Part shown: one piece after another, positions 23,171 through 34,907 of the stretch
Layout of the letters: every line of letters starts with the position of its first letter
Numbering within the stretch: the stretch's first letter is position 1
Assembly (NCBI RefSeq): GCF_001194135.2
Contig: NC_068981.1
Coordinates: 25,844,357 to 25,880,639 of the forward strand
Length of the DNA: 36,283 bases
Reading direction: 5' to 3'
DNA from: Octopus bimaculoides
Taxonomy: Eukaryota
Position numbers and translations under genes: made by a program
Notes under the pieces: generated by a model
Database searches by the model: none
Told to the model about the DNA's origin: nothing
What the model saw: only the letters and a program-made list of their open reading frames with translations

Positions 23171-24037
23171 TCATCTGTGTGATTCTGTATACATAGACAG
23201 ACACCCACGCACAAACACACACTCACACATATATAATGTGTATGTATGCATGGATAGATGGATGGACAGACGGTTGAATGGATCAAAATTGATCCTTCAG
23301 AAGAACGTGATTATTTTCCTCTCTATCTTTCATTGATCCCACTAAACGGATATATCATGGACAAACAGAAATCTGATACAAAAAAACCTTAATAGGTACA
23401 TTAACTTTAGATAATATCAACAATGAATTCATAATTAATTTTACCCCGACCGATGTTCCGAAAAAGAAAAATCGTACGAGCTACACGCAGCTATTCTAAG
23501 TGTAAATTCTATTTATCACGTATATCAGAAATGTAGTAAATTTCTCATCGAAATCAACAAGTACTTTATATCACAAAATGCTCTCTTCAGCGTACATGTG
23601 CATGGAGTTATATATATATATATCGGATTTCTAAACGAATTCCGTTTTGTGTACTCTTTTTAATTACGAGCAAAGTTTTTCTCGTATATCTGAAACTCCA
23701 ACGACTGCACGTATTTTGCGGAATCTATGCATGTATCTCAGATTGTTCTTTTTCTTTTTTGCGGATGATTGATGTCAGGTTCCAGTGTCGGTATTCGTGC
23801 ATATGTATGAGCACGTGCGCAGCCCATCGTACCCAACGACCTAATGCGTTCGGAACTTGCGCGCACGCGCTCAACATTTGCATCTTGAAGTCACTTTATC
23901 AAATGGAAACGTGAGACGGATTCGATCTAAAAACAAAGGAGGAGCAATAAAAACTAAATTACAGCTAAAATAATAATTAAATAGAGAAATAAATAGTCAA
24001 GAAATATGTTCTCATATGGAAGACTGACGGGGAACCA

Positions 24038-24083
<46 letters not shown>

Positions 24084-24368
24084 ACTCGCCCTCTCTCTCT
24101 CTTTATATATACATGTATANNNNNNNNNNNNNNNNNNNNNNNNNNNNNNNNNNNNNNNNNNNNNNNNNNNNNNNNNNNNNNNNNNNNNNNNNNNNNNNNN
24201 NNNNNNNNNNNNNNNNNNNNNNNNNNNNNNNNNNNNNNNNNNNNNNNNNNNNNNNNNNNNNNNNNNNNNNNNNNNNNNNNNNNNNNNNNNNNNNNNNNNN
24301 NNNNNNNNNNNNNNNNNNNNNNNNNNNNNNNNNNNNNNNNNNNNNNNNNNNNNNNNNNNNNNNNNNNN

Positions 24369-24416
<48 letters not shown>

Positions 24417-25559
24417 CGCGCGTGTATATATATACATGGGTATAAAGAGATACTGCGTGTTTAAAATGATTCCAGGTTGAGACTCACATAACTAAAATTA
24501 ACAAATATTTTGCAAGGGATGTGCTAAAGTGTTGATATACGGACAAGATCAAACGTACGGAAGCGATAGTCAAGGATTTCTCATCATATTGAATCTCTTC
24601 CCGGACACTAAAATTAGATGTATACATTTGTTGACATACACCGTTTCTGTTAATTGTTAGATCGTGTGGTGTTTACATTGGTCGCCGTTTACTTCCTACA
24701 CACGTATAGTTTATTGACATTAACAAATTGCAAACGTACACATAGAAGGATACTTTCTATTCTTTTTGTTAACTATATACAGTACGTTTCGTTATTCGTT
24801 ATGATTTTTTATGTTGGTTGGTTTTGTAAAACATTGGTACTTATTTGTTTGTCTATTTATTTTTCTCACAGATCCATTGATGAAATAATGCAGGATATTT
24901 TGATGAATGATCAATACTGTGTGAAAGATCTATATTGGGATTGATTCTAAAAATTGATTAGCTACCGATGCCAAGGTAACGGCGCTTGGAACATACTGGC
25001 AAAATGCTGAATAAATACAAAGAAAGAATAGATATTTGTTTTTGTTATGCCTCTGTTAGTGTAAATGTGTTCAATATGCTCTTATGGGCTTTTGTTGTGT
25101 GTGCGTGTTAGTATTTTTTAGCGCGCGAAGGGTGTGTGTGTGTGTGTACGCGTCGGTTTGTGTATACGTATATTTGAATGTATTTATGACACTTGTGAAT
25201 ATATAGCGAACAACTATGGTATCAGTGACAATGATTTCTATCCCAGGTACAATATCTCATATTTGGCGAGAGGTTATATATACTTAAGTACATCGATAAG
25301 AGGACTTGAGTAAGAGTTCTTTCATCGGCCCCTGAAGAGTTAAATCAGAATCGACGCTGATGATATATCCATTCAAAGTGAAGTAAACTATTTTTAGCCA
25401 GCTGATGAAAAATATTTCGGAGAATTAAACTCATGTTTGCGTGATGGTTGTTGTTTAAATACATACGTTTTCAAGTTGTTTTTTAAAAAAAATTTTATGC
25501 AGATCATCAGCAAATGTTGTGAATACCCATACAAACATGTATTCACAGCAGTAGCCGAT

Positions 25560-25771
25560 GAGCTGGCAGTGAGTGGCAGAATCGTTAGCACGCCGACCGA
25601 AATATTTAGCGGCATTATGTCTATCTTTGTGTTCTGAGTTCAAATTCCAGCGAGGTCGACTTTGCCTTTCGTTTTTTCCGGGTCGATAAAATTCATATCA
25701 TCTGAGCACTGTGGTCAGTATAATGAACTTAGCTCTGTTCCGAAGTTGCTGGCCTCGTACCAAAATTTGAA
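25560..25771 (+). mobile_element. SINE family B
   Basis: ggcagaatcgttagcacgccg...ttctgagttcaaattcc..cgaggtcgactttgcctttc; B-box-like gagttcaaattcc. Confidence 0.85.
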
Positions 25772-25865
25772 GGTGTTCAAACTATTTCTCCGTATTTAAG
25801 AAGACTGGTGCACAGCCATGAGTTTATGATGTTGATCCTACTTCGCATGATTCTCAATATATTCC

Positions 25866-26005
25866 CTTTCCTTTGTAGTTATTCATTGTGAAGAAGCTTT
25901 TCCATGTGTGAGTATGCACGTATGTTTATATATATATATATATAAACATACGTGCATACTCACACATGGAAAAGCTTATTCACAATGAATAACTACAAAG
26001 GAAAG
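25866..26005. repeat. 140-bp near-perfect palindrome centred on (AT)n
   Basis: Symmetry axis at 25935/25936; one mismatched pair across 70-bp arms. Confidence 0.95.
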
Positions 26006-26089
26006 TGTCTTCTACTATAGCCTCGGGCCGACCAAAGGCTTGTGAGTGGATTTGGTAGACGGAAACTTCAAGAAGCCCGTCTTATATAT

Positions 26090-26155
<66 letters not shown>

Positions 26156-26378
26156 ATCTATATATATGTGTGTTTGTGTCTGTGTTTGACCCCCAACATC
26201 GCTTGACAACCGATGCTGGTATGTTTACGTCCCCGTAACTTAGCGGTTCGGCATAAGAGAATGATAGATTAAGTACTAGGCTTCCAAATAATAAGTCCTG
26301 GGGTCGATTAGCTCGACTAAAGGCGGTGCTCCAGCATGGCCGTAGTCAAATGACTGAAACAACTAAAAGAGTAAAGAG
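26003..26378 (+). mobile_element. SINE family A lacking its 5'-most head
   Basis: Near-identical to 12066-12390. Begins at aagtgtcttctactatagcc, directly at the right arm of the palindrome. Confidence 0.9.
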
Positions 26379-28032
26379 TATATATGTTTGTGTGTGTGTG
26401 TGTTGTCTGTCTATCTCTCTTTTTATCTCCCTCTCCCTCTCCCTCTTTCCATCTATGTGGTTGCGTGTGAGTGTGTGTGAGCGCGCGCGAATACGAACTT
26501 CCGCTAAAGATAATGATCTAAAAAAATCGTATTTCATGGATGATGTCACTTAAGATACATATGTTATATCCAGTTAAAGACCGTCCCTCGATATGTGCTG
26601 TTGACATGCAGAGAACATGTGATTAGGACTTCCGAAAACTGTTAAACAGCAATGTAATTGTTCAGAGTTTCTTTTCCCAAATATATAAATGTATTCCCAC
26701 ATTTTGTATTTCACACAGTCTTTACTGGTTAAGAATAGCTTTTACTACTTAATATTTAAGTACTGAACCTTCTACTATGCACTGTCATAGACAATCATAA
26801 GTTCAAGGTGGCCCTTCCTGACCGCATATCATTTCTCACTGCTTGTGCTCTTATTACCTGATCATACTACTTTATAAAAGCCACTGCAAGCCAAGATATA
26901 TATCACTAGCAATGCCCCGGCTCGTCATAACTCTTATGCTACACTGACCGTATTAATTAGAGCAGAACCATTTTTCATACGATGACTCCAGCTGTGTCCG
27001 AGCTTTGTCCTTAGTTCCGAAGTTAAGATGATTCCATAGCTTTGCTCCTCTATCCACACAAACGCTTGTCAAGATATCTGCCAGAGATTAACTTAAGTGC
27101 TCCTTTAAAGGCATGGAGAACCTTCACTACTTACCATAAAACAATTAGTTCTCTCTTTACCCACTTCTGACATTCTTCGGGCAAAGTGATAGCGTTTGCA
27201 TGCAGATAATTGTGGCTTCTTTTTTGTGTATGTTCAAAGAAATGACGTAGAAAGTGAGAGAGTAGACGCAAGAAAAACTTAGTAAAAATGTGTGATATCT
27301 TGCTTCTTGTTTTTGTCAGGGTCTGCTTTTGTTAGACATTAATAAATTCTCTTAGCGAATTTGCAAAATCAGTTTAAATACAAGAGATTTTCTAAAAACT
27401 CTATCTTACATTTCCCAAATAATGAGTGCAATGTTGTAAGAAATGTATGTTAGCGCTTTTCTGATTCACATTTGCGCAATTATTTTCCTTTTACTTTTAA
27501 TGAAAGTTGTTTCTTTTATTCACCGCTGTTATGAAGGCAGTCGAACCAAAATGTTCTCAAAAATTGCTATAAAGTTCGCTTTTTATAAAAACTATTAAAT
27601 AAAAATGACTTGCTTAATCAAACAGGACTGCACGACAAAAACTTAATAATATTGATCCAGTTTCTTGTAAACCAGACATTAATATCAAACTCGACAGAAT
27701 ATCCATACTATGTCATGTCGGAACATAAAAAGAAATAAAATTCAATAGAATTCCTTTTATTTTTTGTCAATAATAAATTAAATTTGACTTGCCTTGTATA
27801 CAGGCTTACAGGCGAAAAATATTACCAACTTTTTGAAAAGCTTTAGAAAGAATAAGTTTCCATAAATCAATAGCGAGTGTAAAAAAGTACACGTCCGCTC
27901 AGGCAAAATACAACAACAGGAACAAAAGCAGAACATCAAACAAAACAGTACCAGAACCAACAACTTCAACAATAATGACTTCAGATTTAGGCGCAAGATA
28001 GCAATTTTGAATTTAAAAAAATAATTTAATAT

Positions 28033-28200
28033 GCGCAGGCGTGGCTGTGTGGTAAGGAGCTTGCTTCCCAACCTCAAGGATTCAGATTAGTCTCACTTCG
28101 TGGAAACTCGGGTAAGAGTCTTCTACTGTAGCCTTGAGCCAACCAGTCTTGTGAGTGGACTTGGTAGACGGAAACTGAAAGACGCCCGTTATGTATATAT
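28033..28200 (+). mobile_element. SINE family A, 5' half running into a gap
   Basis: gcgcaggcgtggctgtgtggtaag (A-box-like)...ggtagacggaaactgaaagacgcccg. Confidence 0.85.
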
Positions 28201-29264
28201 ATNNNNNNNNNNNNNNNNNNNNNNNNNNNNNNNNNNNNNNNNNNNNNNNNNNNNNNNNNNNNNNNNNNNNNNNNNNNNNNNNNNNNNNNNNNNNNNNNNN
28301 NNNNNNNNNNNNNNNNNNNNNNNNNNNNNNNNNNNNNNNNNNNNNNNNNNNNNNNNNNNNNNNNNNNNNNNNNNNNNNNNNNNNNNNNNNNNNNNNNNNN
28401 NNNNNNNNNNNNNNNNNNNNNNNNNNNNNNNNNNNNNNNNNNNNNNNNNNNNNNNNNNNNNNNNNNNNNNNNNNNNNNNNNNNNNNNNNNNNNNNNNNNN
28501 NNNNNNNNNNNNNNNNNNNNNNNNNNNNNNNNNNNNNNNNNNNNNNNNNNNNNNNNNNNNNNNNNNNNNNNNNNNNNNNNNNNNNNNNNNNNNNNNNNNN
28601 NNNNNNNNNNNNNNNNNNNNNNNNNNNNNNNNNNNNNNNNNNNNNNNNNNNNNNNNNNNNNNNNNNNNNNNNNNNNNNNNNNNNNNNNNNNNNNNNNNNN
28701 NNNNNNNNNNNNNNNNNNNNNNNNNNNNNNNNNNNNNNNNNNNNNNNNNNNNNNNNNNNNNNNNNNNNNNNNNNNNNNNNNNNNNNNNNNNNNNNNNNNN
28801 NNNNNNNNNNNNNNNNNNNNNNNNNNNNNNNNNNNNNNNNNNNNNNNNNNNNNNNNNNNNNNNNNNNNNNNNNNNNNNNNNNNNNNNNNNNNNNNNNNNN
28901 NNNNNNNNNNNNNNNNNNNNNNNNNNNNNNNNNNNNNNNNNNNNNNNNNNNNNNNNNNNNNNNNNNNNNNNNNNNNNNNNNNNNNNNNNNNNNNNNNNNN
29001 NNNNNNNNNNNNNNNNNNNNNNNNNNNNNNNNNNNNNNNNNNNNNNNNNNNNNNNNNNNNNNNNNNNNNNNNNNNNNNNNNNNNNNNNNNNNNNNNNNNN
29101 NNNNNNNNNNNNNNNNNNNNNNNNNNNNNNNNNNNNNNNNNNNNNNNNNNNNNNNNNNNNNNNNNNNNNNNNCCCCCCCCCCTCCCGAGAACAGGGTACA
29201 CAATTACGAATACAAATAATAATAACTAACAACTGGTGTCTTTCGACTTAGAACGAATCAAACC

Positions 29265-29857
29265 ACATGTGTATTGTTGTGCGTGTTTGTGTGTGCGTGT
29301 AATTGTGAGTACGTGTGTGCGTTTATGTGTGCATATGTGTATATGGAGGTGTTTTAACGTGTGTGTGCGTGGGGGTTGTGTGTGTTAGGTATGTGTGCAT
29401 TCCTGCACGTGTGTACTCATGCGTGTGTCTGCGTTTGTGTATGCACGTGTGTGTATATGTGTGTGTGTGAGCATGTACGCGTGCATTGTGTGCGTGCATG
29501 TATGTGCGTGTTGTGTGTGTGTGTGTGTATGTGTCTGGGTGATATATGAGAGGTATATGTGTATTCATGTGTGTACGCGTGCGCGCATGTATGCCTGTGT
29601 GTGTATGTATGCGTGTGTGTGTATGTGTGCGTGTGTGTACGAACATGTGTGTGAGAGCGTGCGTGTGGTTGTGTGTGGAGGTATATGTGCGTTCCTGTGT
29701 GCGCGTGTGTGTGTGTGCGCGCGCATGTATGCGCTTATGTGCGTGTGTATGTGTGTGGCGTGTGTGAGAGGTATATGGGCTTTGATGTGTGTGTGCGTGC
29801 ATGTATTTGTGCGTGTGTGTGTATAAATATACGTGTATGCACGTATGTGTGCATGTA
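29265..29857. repeat. ~600-bp degenerate (TG/CG/TA) alternating purine-pyrimidine tract
   Basis: Directly visible; followed by an A-rich tract at ~29860-30100. Confidence 0.9.
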
Positions 29858-30109
29858 TTTTGAAATAAAATGAAATATAAAATAAAATCGAAAAAAAGAG
29901 GAAAAAGGGGGAACGGTAAGGAAATAAAAAAAAATGAATGAAAATTACAAAAATAACAGATACAAGATAAAACATAAAAAATAAAATAATTAAATTAAAG
30001 GGATAAAATAGAAATTAATGCAATTATAAAAAATTTTAAAAGTTCGACGGAAAAAAACCCATAAAAAATTGAAAAATGAGTAACTGTAAAAAAAAAGTAA
30101 ATGGGTAAC

Positions 30110-30290
30110 AGCATAGGGTGGTGCTCCAGCATGGCTGCAGTCAAATGACTGAAACAAGTAAAAGGCTGAAAGAGTAATAATGTCGAGACCATTGCTAGAT
30201 TGCCAACTCTTTATCGACCGCGGAGGGATGAAATGAAAACATGGATGTGTCGGAAATTGAACTCAGAACGTGAAGAGTCGGATGATGTAT
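30110..30290. mobile_element. SINE A 3' terminus (30110-30177, +) followed by a decayed SINE B piece (~30205-30290, -)
   Basis: ggtgctccagcatggctgcagtcaaatgactgaaacaagtaaaag; then tttatcgacc...gaactcagaacg. Confidence 0.65.
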
Positions 30291-30871
30291 TATAACACCC
30301 TACTGTTATTCACTAAACAAGCGCTGGTTTAAAGTATTTCTATTCACACTAATTATCTTTGCCGCACTGGCCCGTGTTACGCGCGCGCACATATTCTGAC
30401 ACACATGTCCACCCCCACATATATGTATGTTTGTATGTATGTATGTATGTATGCATTCTCTTCCTCATCATCATCCTTATCGTCACCGTCATCGGCGCTG
30501 CCGCTAGCACTACCAGCACCAGCACCAGCACCACCACCACCACCACATTCATCATCATCATCTATATAAATTTAAGTCTGTTGAGACCATTAAACGACAT
30601 AATTGTTAGTAATTGGTCTTAGAGGTACTCAGTTGGAATCAACTGACTAGTATGATTGGACACCTGAATAAATGCAATGGAATGCAATTACAGAATGTGA
30701 TGAAGTTTCGTTTCATCACCTGAACTCAAAATTTGTCAGATTTGTGAGAAATCGAGCAATGGAATTCTACTTTCATTTTAAATTTGATAACCAGTTCATT
30801 AACTTAAGCTGTACGATACAATTATATACACCCAATACGTTCACAGGAACAAACTTTCGAGAAATGCAGTA

Positions 30872-31292
30872 AGCTGGCAGAAACGTTAGCACGCCGAGCG
30901 AAATGCTTAGCGGTATTTCGTCTGCCGCTACGTTCTGAGTTCAAATTCTGCCGAGGTCGACTTTGCCTTTCATCCTTTCAGGGTCGATTAAATAAGTACC
31001 AGTTACGCACTGGAGTCGATATAATCGACTTAATCCGTTTGTCTGTCCATGATTGTCCTTTCTGTGTCTAGCCCCTTGTGGGCAGTAAAGAAATAAGAAA
31101 CGTTAGCACGCCGGGTGAAATACTCAGTAGTATTTCGTCTGTCTTTACGTTCTGAGTTCAAATTCGACTTTACCTTTCATCCTTTCCGGGGTCGATAAAT
31201 TAAGTACCAGTTGTATGCTGGGGTCGATCTAGTCGACTGGTCCCCCCCCCCAAAAAAAAATGTCGAGCCTTGTGCCTAGAGCAGAAAAGAAA
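30872..31292 (+). mobile_element. Tandem dimer of SINE family B with two different 3' tails
   Basis: Unit 1 (30872-31097) ends gccccttgtgggcagtaaagaaataag. Unit 2 (31098-31292) restarts at aaacgttagcacgccg and ends gccttgtgcctagagcagaaaag. Confidence 0.9.
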
Positions 31293-31332
31293 CAAATTAT
31301 AGAGAGGAATTGTAAGCAGATATATAAATATA

Positions 31333-31561
31333 TCTTTTATTTCTTACTTTTATGGATTTCATTCGTCAACCTGCGGTCATATTGAATTGTGGTCATGCTA
31401 GAGCACTGCCTTAAAGCATTTAGTCAGGAACAAATCACCGCTAGTGCTTAACTTTTCTTAAAAGCATGGTACTAATTCTACCCGTCTCTTTTGCCAAAGT
31501 ACAAGAACGTAAGCAAATCAAGGCAGGTTGTCAAGCGATGGTAGAGGAGAAACACAAAGAC
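31333..31561 (-). mobile_element. SINE family A, decayed 3' half
   Basis: ggtcatgctagagcactgcc...tctcttttgcc...ggttgtcaagcgatg. Confidence 0.65.
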
Positions 31562-31600
31562 GCGCGAGCGTATGCGTGCGCACATACACACACATACACA

Positions 31601-31946
31601 CTTGGCTGCGCGGTAAGAAGCTTCCTTACCAACCAGATGGTTCCCAGTTCAGTTTCACTGTATCGCACATTGTGCAAGTGTTACCTACTAGAGCTTCCGC
31701 ACGATCGAAGCCTTGCCAGTAGGTTTCGTTGTGGGAAACTGAAAGAACCCGTCGTATACATATGTATGTGTGCATGTGTCTTTGTATATGTATTTTACGC
31801 TCCTGTAACTTAACGCTTCGGCAAAAAGAGACGATGGAAGAGATATTTAGTCAACCAAAATAATTACAGCCGTCTATTTATTCGGCTAAATACTTCAATG
31901 CGGTGCTCCAGCATAGCCGCAGTCCCATGATTGAAACAAGTAAAAT
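31601..31946 (+). mobile_element. SINE family A, decayed full-length
   Basis: tggctgcgcggtaagaagctt...ggaaactgaaagaacccgtcgtata, microsatellite, then gcggtgctccagcat...tgaaacaagtaaaa. Confidence 0.75.
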
Positions 31947-32024
31947 CTATCTATCTATGTATTTGTTTGTCTTTCTCTCTCATTCTCTCTCTCTCTCTCT
32001 CTCTGTATATATATATTTACTACT

Positions 32025-32240
32025 AATAATCCTTTGTACTGGAGGAACAAGGCCTCAAATTTGTAGGGTGGGGTCTAGTCAATTATATCGACCCAGGAGT
32101 TTCACTGGTACTTAATTTATCGACCCGAAACAATGAAAGCACAGTCCGCCTCGGTGGAATTTGAACTCAGAACGTAGTGACAGACGATATACTGCTAAAG
32201 CTTTGCGTCTAGCGCGCTAAAAATTCTGCCAGCTCGCCAC
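32025..32240 (-). mobile_element. SINE family B
   Basis: taataatcc...ggtacttaatttatcgacc...gaatttgaactcagaacgtag...ttctgccagctcgcc. Confidence 0.85.
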
Positions 32241-32254
32241 CTTTATATATAGTA

Positions 32255-32515
32255 TTAATAATCCTTTCTACTGGAAGCACAAAGCCTCAAATTTGGGGGT
32301 CGATAGAGTTGAATGTTCGCGTATGTTTATCTCTTCAATGAATAAACACGAATATCCATTCCCACAGATATAACTGTGAATCTATTTAAACAAATACACA
32401 AGTGTGTACGATGAGGAAACGGCTTTCAACAAACGAATGTAAAGAGATGCCACCAAACGTAACTGGTACTTATTTAATCGACACCGAAAGCATAAAAGAC
32501 AAAGTCAGCCTTTAC
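32255..32515 (-). mobile_element. SINE family B interrupted by a ~150-bp insertion
   Basis: 32255-32305 and 32455-32515 are collinear SINE B parts separated by 32302-32454. Confidence 0.65.
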
Positions 32516-32525
32516 GGTATTATAT

Positions 32526-32682
32526 ATAGTATTAATAATAATAAGGAAAACGGAGATTTTGGCACGTCTATAGTTTTTATTAAACAGTTGCTGTACATAT
32601 CTGTGTAATAAAATTATAGATGAGAAAAAAAAAAGAAGAAAGAAAAAGAAATTTCCGTTCTCCTTATCATTATTAATACTAT
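32526..32682. repeat. 157-bp hairpin/MITE-like unit with 34-bp inverted arms
   Basis: 32526-32559 vs 32649-32682, 3 mismatches. Confidence 0.8.
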
Positions 32683-33018
32683 TACTTACTCTACGGTAAC
32701 TATGCAGTGCCGAATAGGACACTCGGATTTACCAAGCAAGAAGAGTTACAAGAATCTTAAGAATTTATTGTTAACTCAGGTATAACTAAAAGATCGTTGT
32801 GTTTAATAGTCGATATCTGAAACCGATTTAAGAGGAAACACGGTAACCGCCAGGATTATATATCCCTTTAAACTCATTTTTCGATATAAATGCCCATAAT
32901 GGAGTGACACCTGTACCTCTACCATTACTCATTTATATATATATATATGTCATACTAATATATACTTTTGTTATTTACACCACCTGTCCTCGTCTGTTGT
33001 TATTATTTGTATATTCTC

Positions 33019-33060
<42 letters not shown>

Positions 33061-33099
33061 CAAGGGATGAATAGAAAGAACACACACACACACACTGCC

Positions 33100-33190
33100 A
33101 AATATACTCGCAAGGCTTTGGTCATCCAATGCGCTGTGGTTGAAGACTCTTTCCCAGTTTCAGAAATACAGACTAACTTGTAATCACAAG
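33100..33190 (-). mobile_element. SINE family A head fragment (decayed)
   Basis: actcgcaaggctttggtca...tggttgaagactctttccc. Confidence 0.45.
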
Positions 33191-33444
33191 TATACCGTGA
33201 AGAAAAAAAATATATATTCAGTCTCTTTATCATTAACATAAAATTTTACGGAGATAACATCTTTTAAGACGGAAGATAGTAATGGTGAGAACGTCTTGTG
33301 GCATCTCTTTACATTCGTTTGTTGAAAGTCATTTCCTCATCATACACACTTGTGTATTTGATTAAATGGATTCACAATTATATCTGTGGGAATGGATATT
33401 CATGTCTATGAATTGAAGAGATATACATACGCGAACATTGAAAA

Positions 33445-33445
<1 letters not shown>

Positions 33446-33530
<85 letters not shown>
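33446..33530. repeat. (TATC)n microsatellite
   Basis: Directly visible. Confidence 0.97.
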
Positions 33531-33531
<1 letters not shown>

Positions 33532-34046
33532 ATTGCTCTTTTGGCCATTTCGCCATATAACTCATTTGTTTAAACGGATTCAACATAAATATATGAAGAT
33601 GGGTAGACGCGTCGATGAATCGAAGAGATATGTAAACGCACATATTCACGCATGCGTACCTATCCCCTTTTCGATCTGTCTATCTGCATGGTTGCTCGTT
33701 TGATCAGTTCCCAATATATTTATTGCTCATTCCCTGTCTATCCGGTCATATATTTACTTACACACACGTGCACGGACATACACACAAATACATTTGCACA
33801 CACATACACACGCATATATCTATGCATCTATTTATTTATTTATAGTAGAAATATTGTGAAACATTAATTCAAGCTGCACTAAAAGAGTTTGAATAATGCA
33901 AATTCCGATGAGTCTACGAAGTAACTGTCAACGTCATATAACGGATAGCTTATTACAATTTATACATACATACATACACACATATATGAATATATCTATA
34001 TCTATCTGTCTATTTATCTATGTATCTATCGACCTGTCTATCTAGC

Positions 34047-34178
<132 letters not shown>

Positions 34179-34863
34179 TTTATGTGCATATATATGTATA
34201 TATATATATACACACATATAAAATATAAATATATATACATTTAGAATACGTATATGTATAAATGTATATATAATATGGATATCCTTTATTTTCTCTCTTC
34301 TCTGTTTTCTGGAGCCAATATAGTGCTATTGAGCCATCAGAGAGCTATACTGGAAATATCTAAACTGCCTCCGGTTTGCATAACCAAGCAACCACCAAAC
34401 AATAGTGTCCGCAATATAGTAGCAATCGCCAACATCGTCGAAGACATTGTGAAATTCGCCAAACGTCAACCTCCAAAGAAGTATTTAGGTATCAAATTTC
34501 GATACCGGATGCTAATAGTTTTCAACCATTGTAAGGGACAATAATAGCTTAAGGCTGATAGTCAGAAACAGACGATGTAGTTCCATATAGATTCAGCAAT
34601 AAGCAAATTGCCTCCTCTGTCCTACCTATTTCCCTATTTCTAGCCTTCATTCTTTTTTTTTCTCTTTCTATCTTCATTTACTTTTGCAGTAGATGTGTTG
34701 GACTCTGACGTCGATAGTATTCTAATAGTTGTTCTCTATATTTTCAATCGATCACTCGAACAAGCGGGTAAATTAAACCATGAACCCACCCAGAATGTAT
34801 ATCAGGCACAGTTGTAAGTCCGCAATGCACAAATAATGTAAAAGCCTGTTATTTATGCATTTT

Positions 34864-34907
<44 letters not shown>

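Larger units (their letters stand above)
32302..33449. repeat. Inverted pair of ~152-bp repeats (32302-32454 and 33298-33449)
   Basis: The two arms are reverse complements, roughly 85-90% identical by eye. A more diverged third copy lies at ~33564-33636. Confidence 0.9.

Noticed and set aside
29860-30100. A-rich tract as a retrocopy poly(A) tail
   Set aside because: Degenerate low-complexity sequence with no upstream processed ORF and no TSD.
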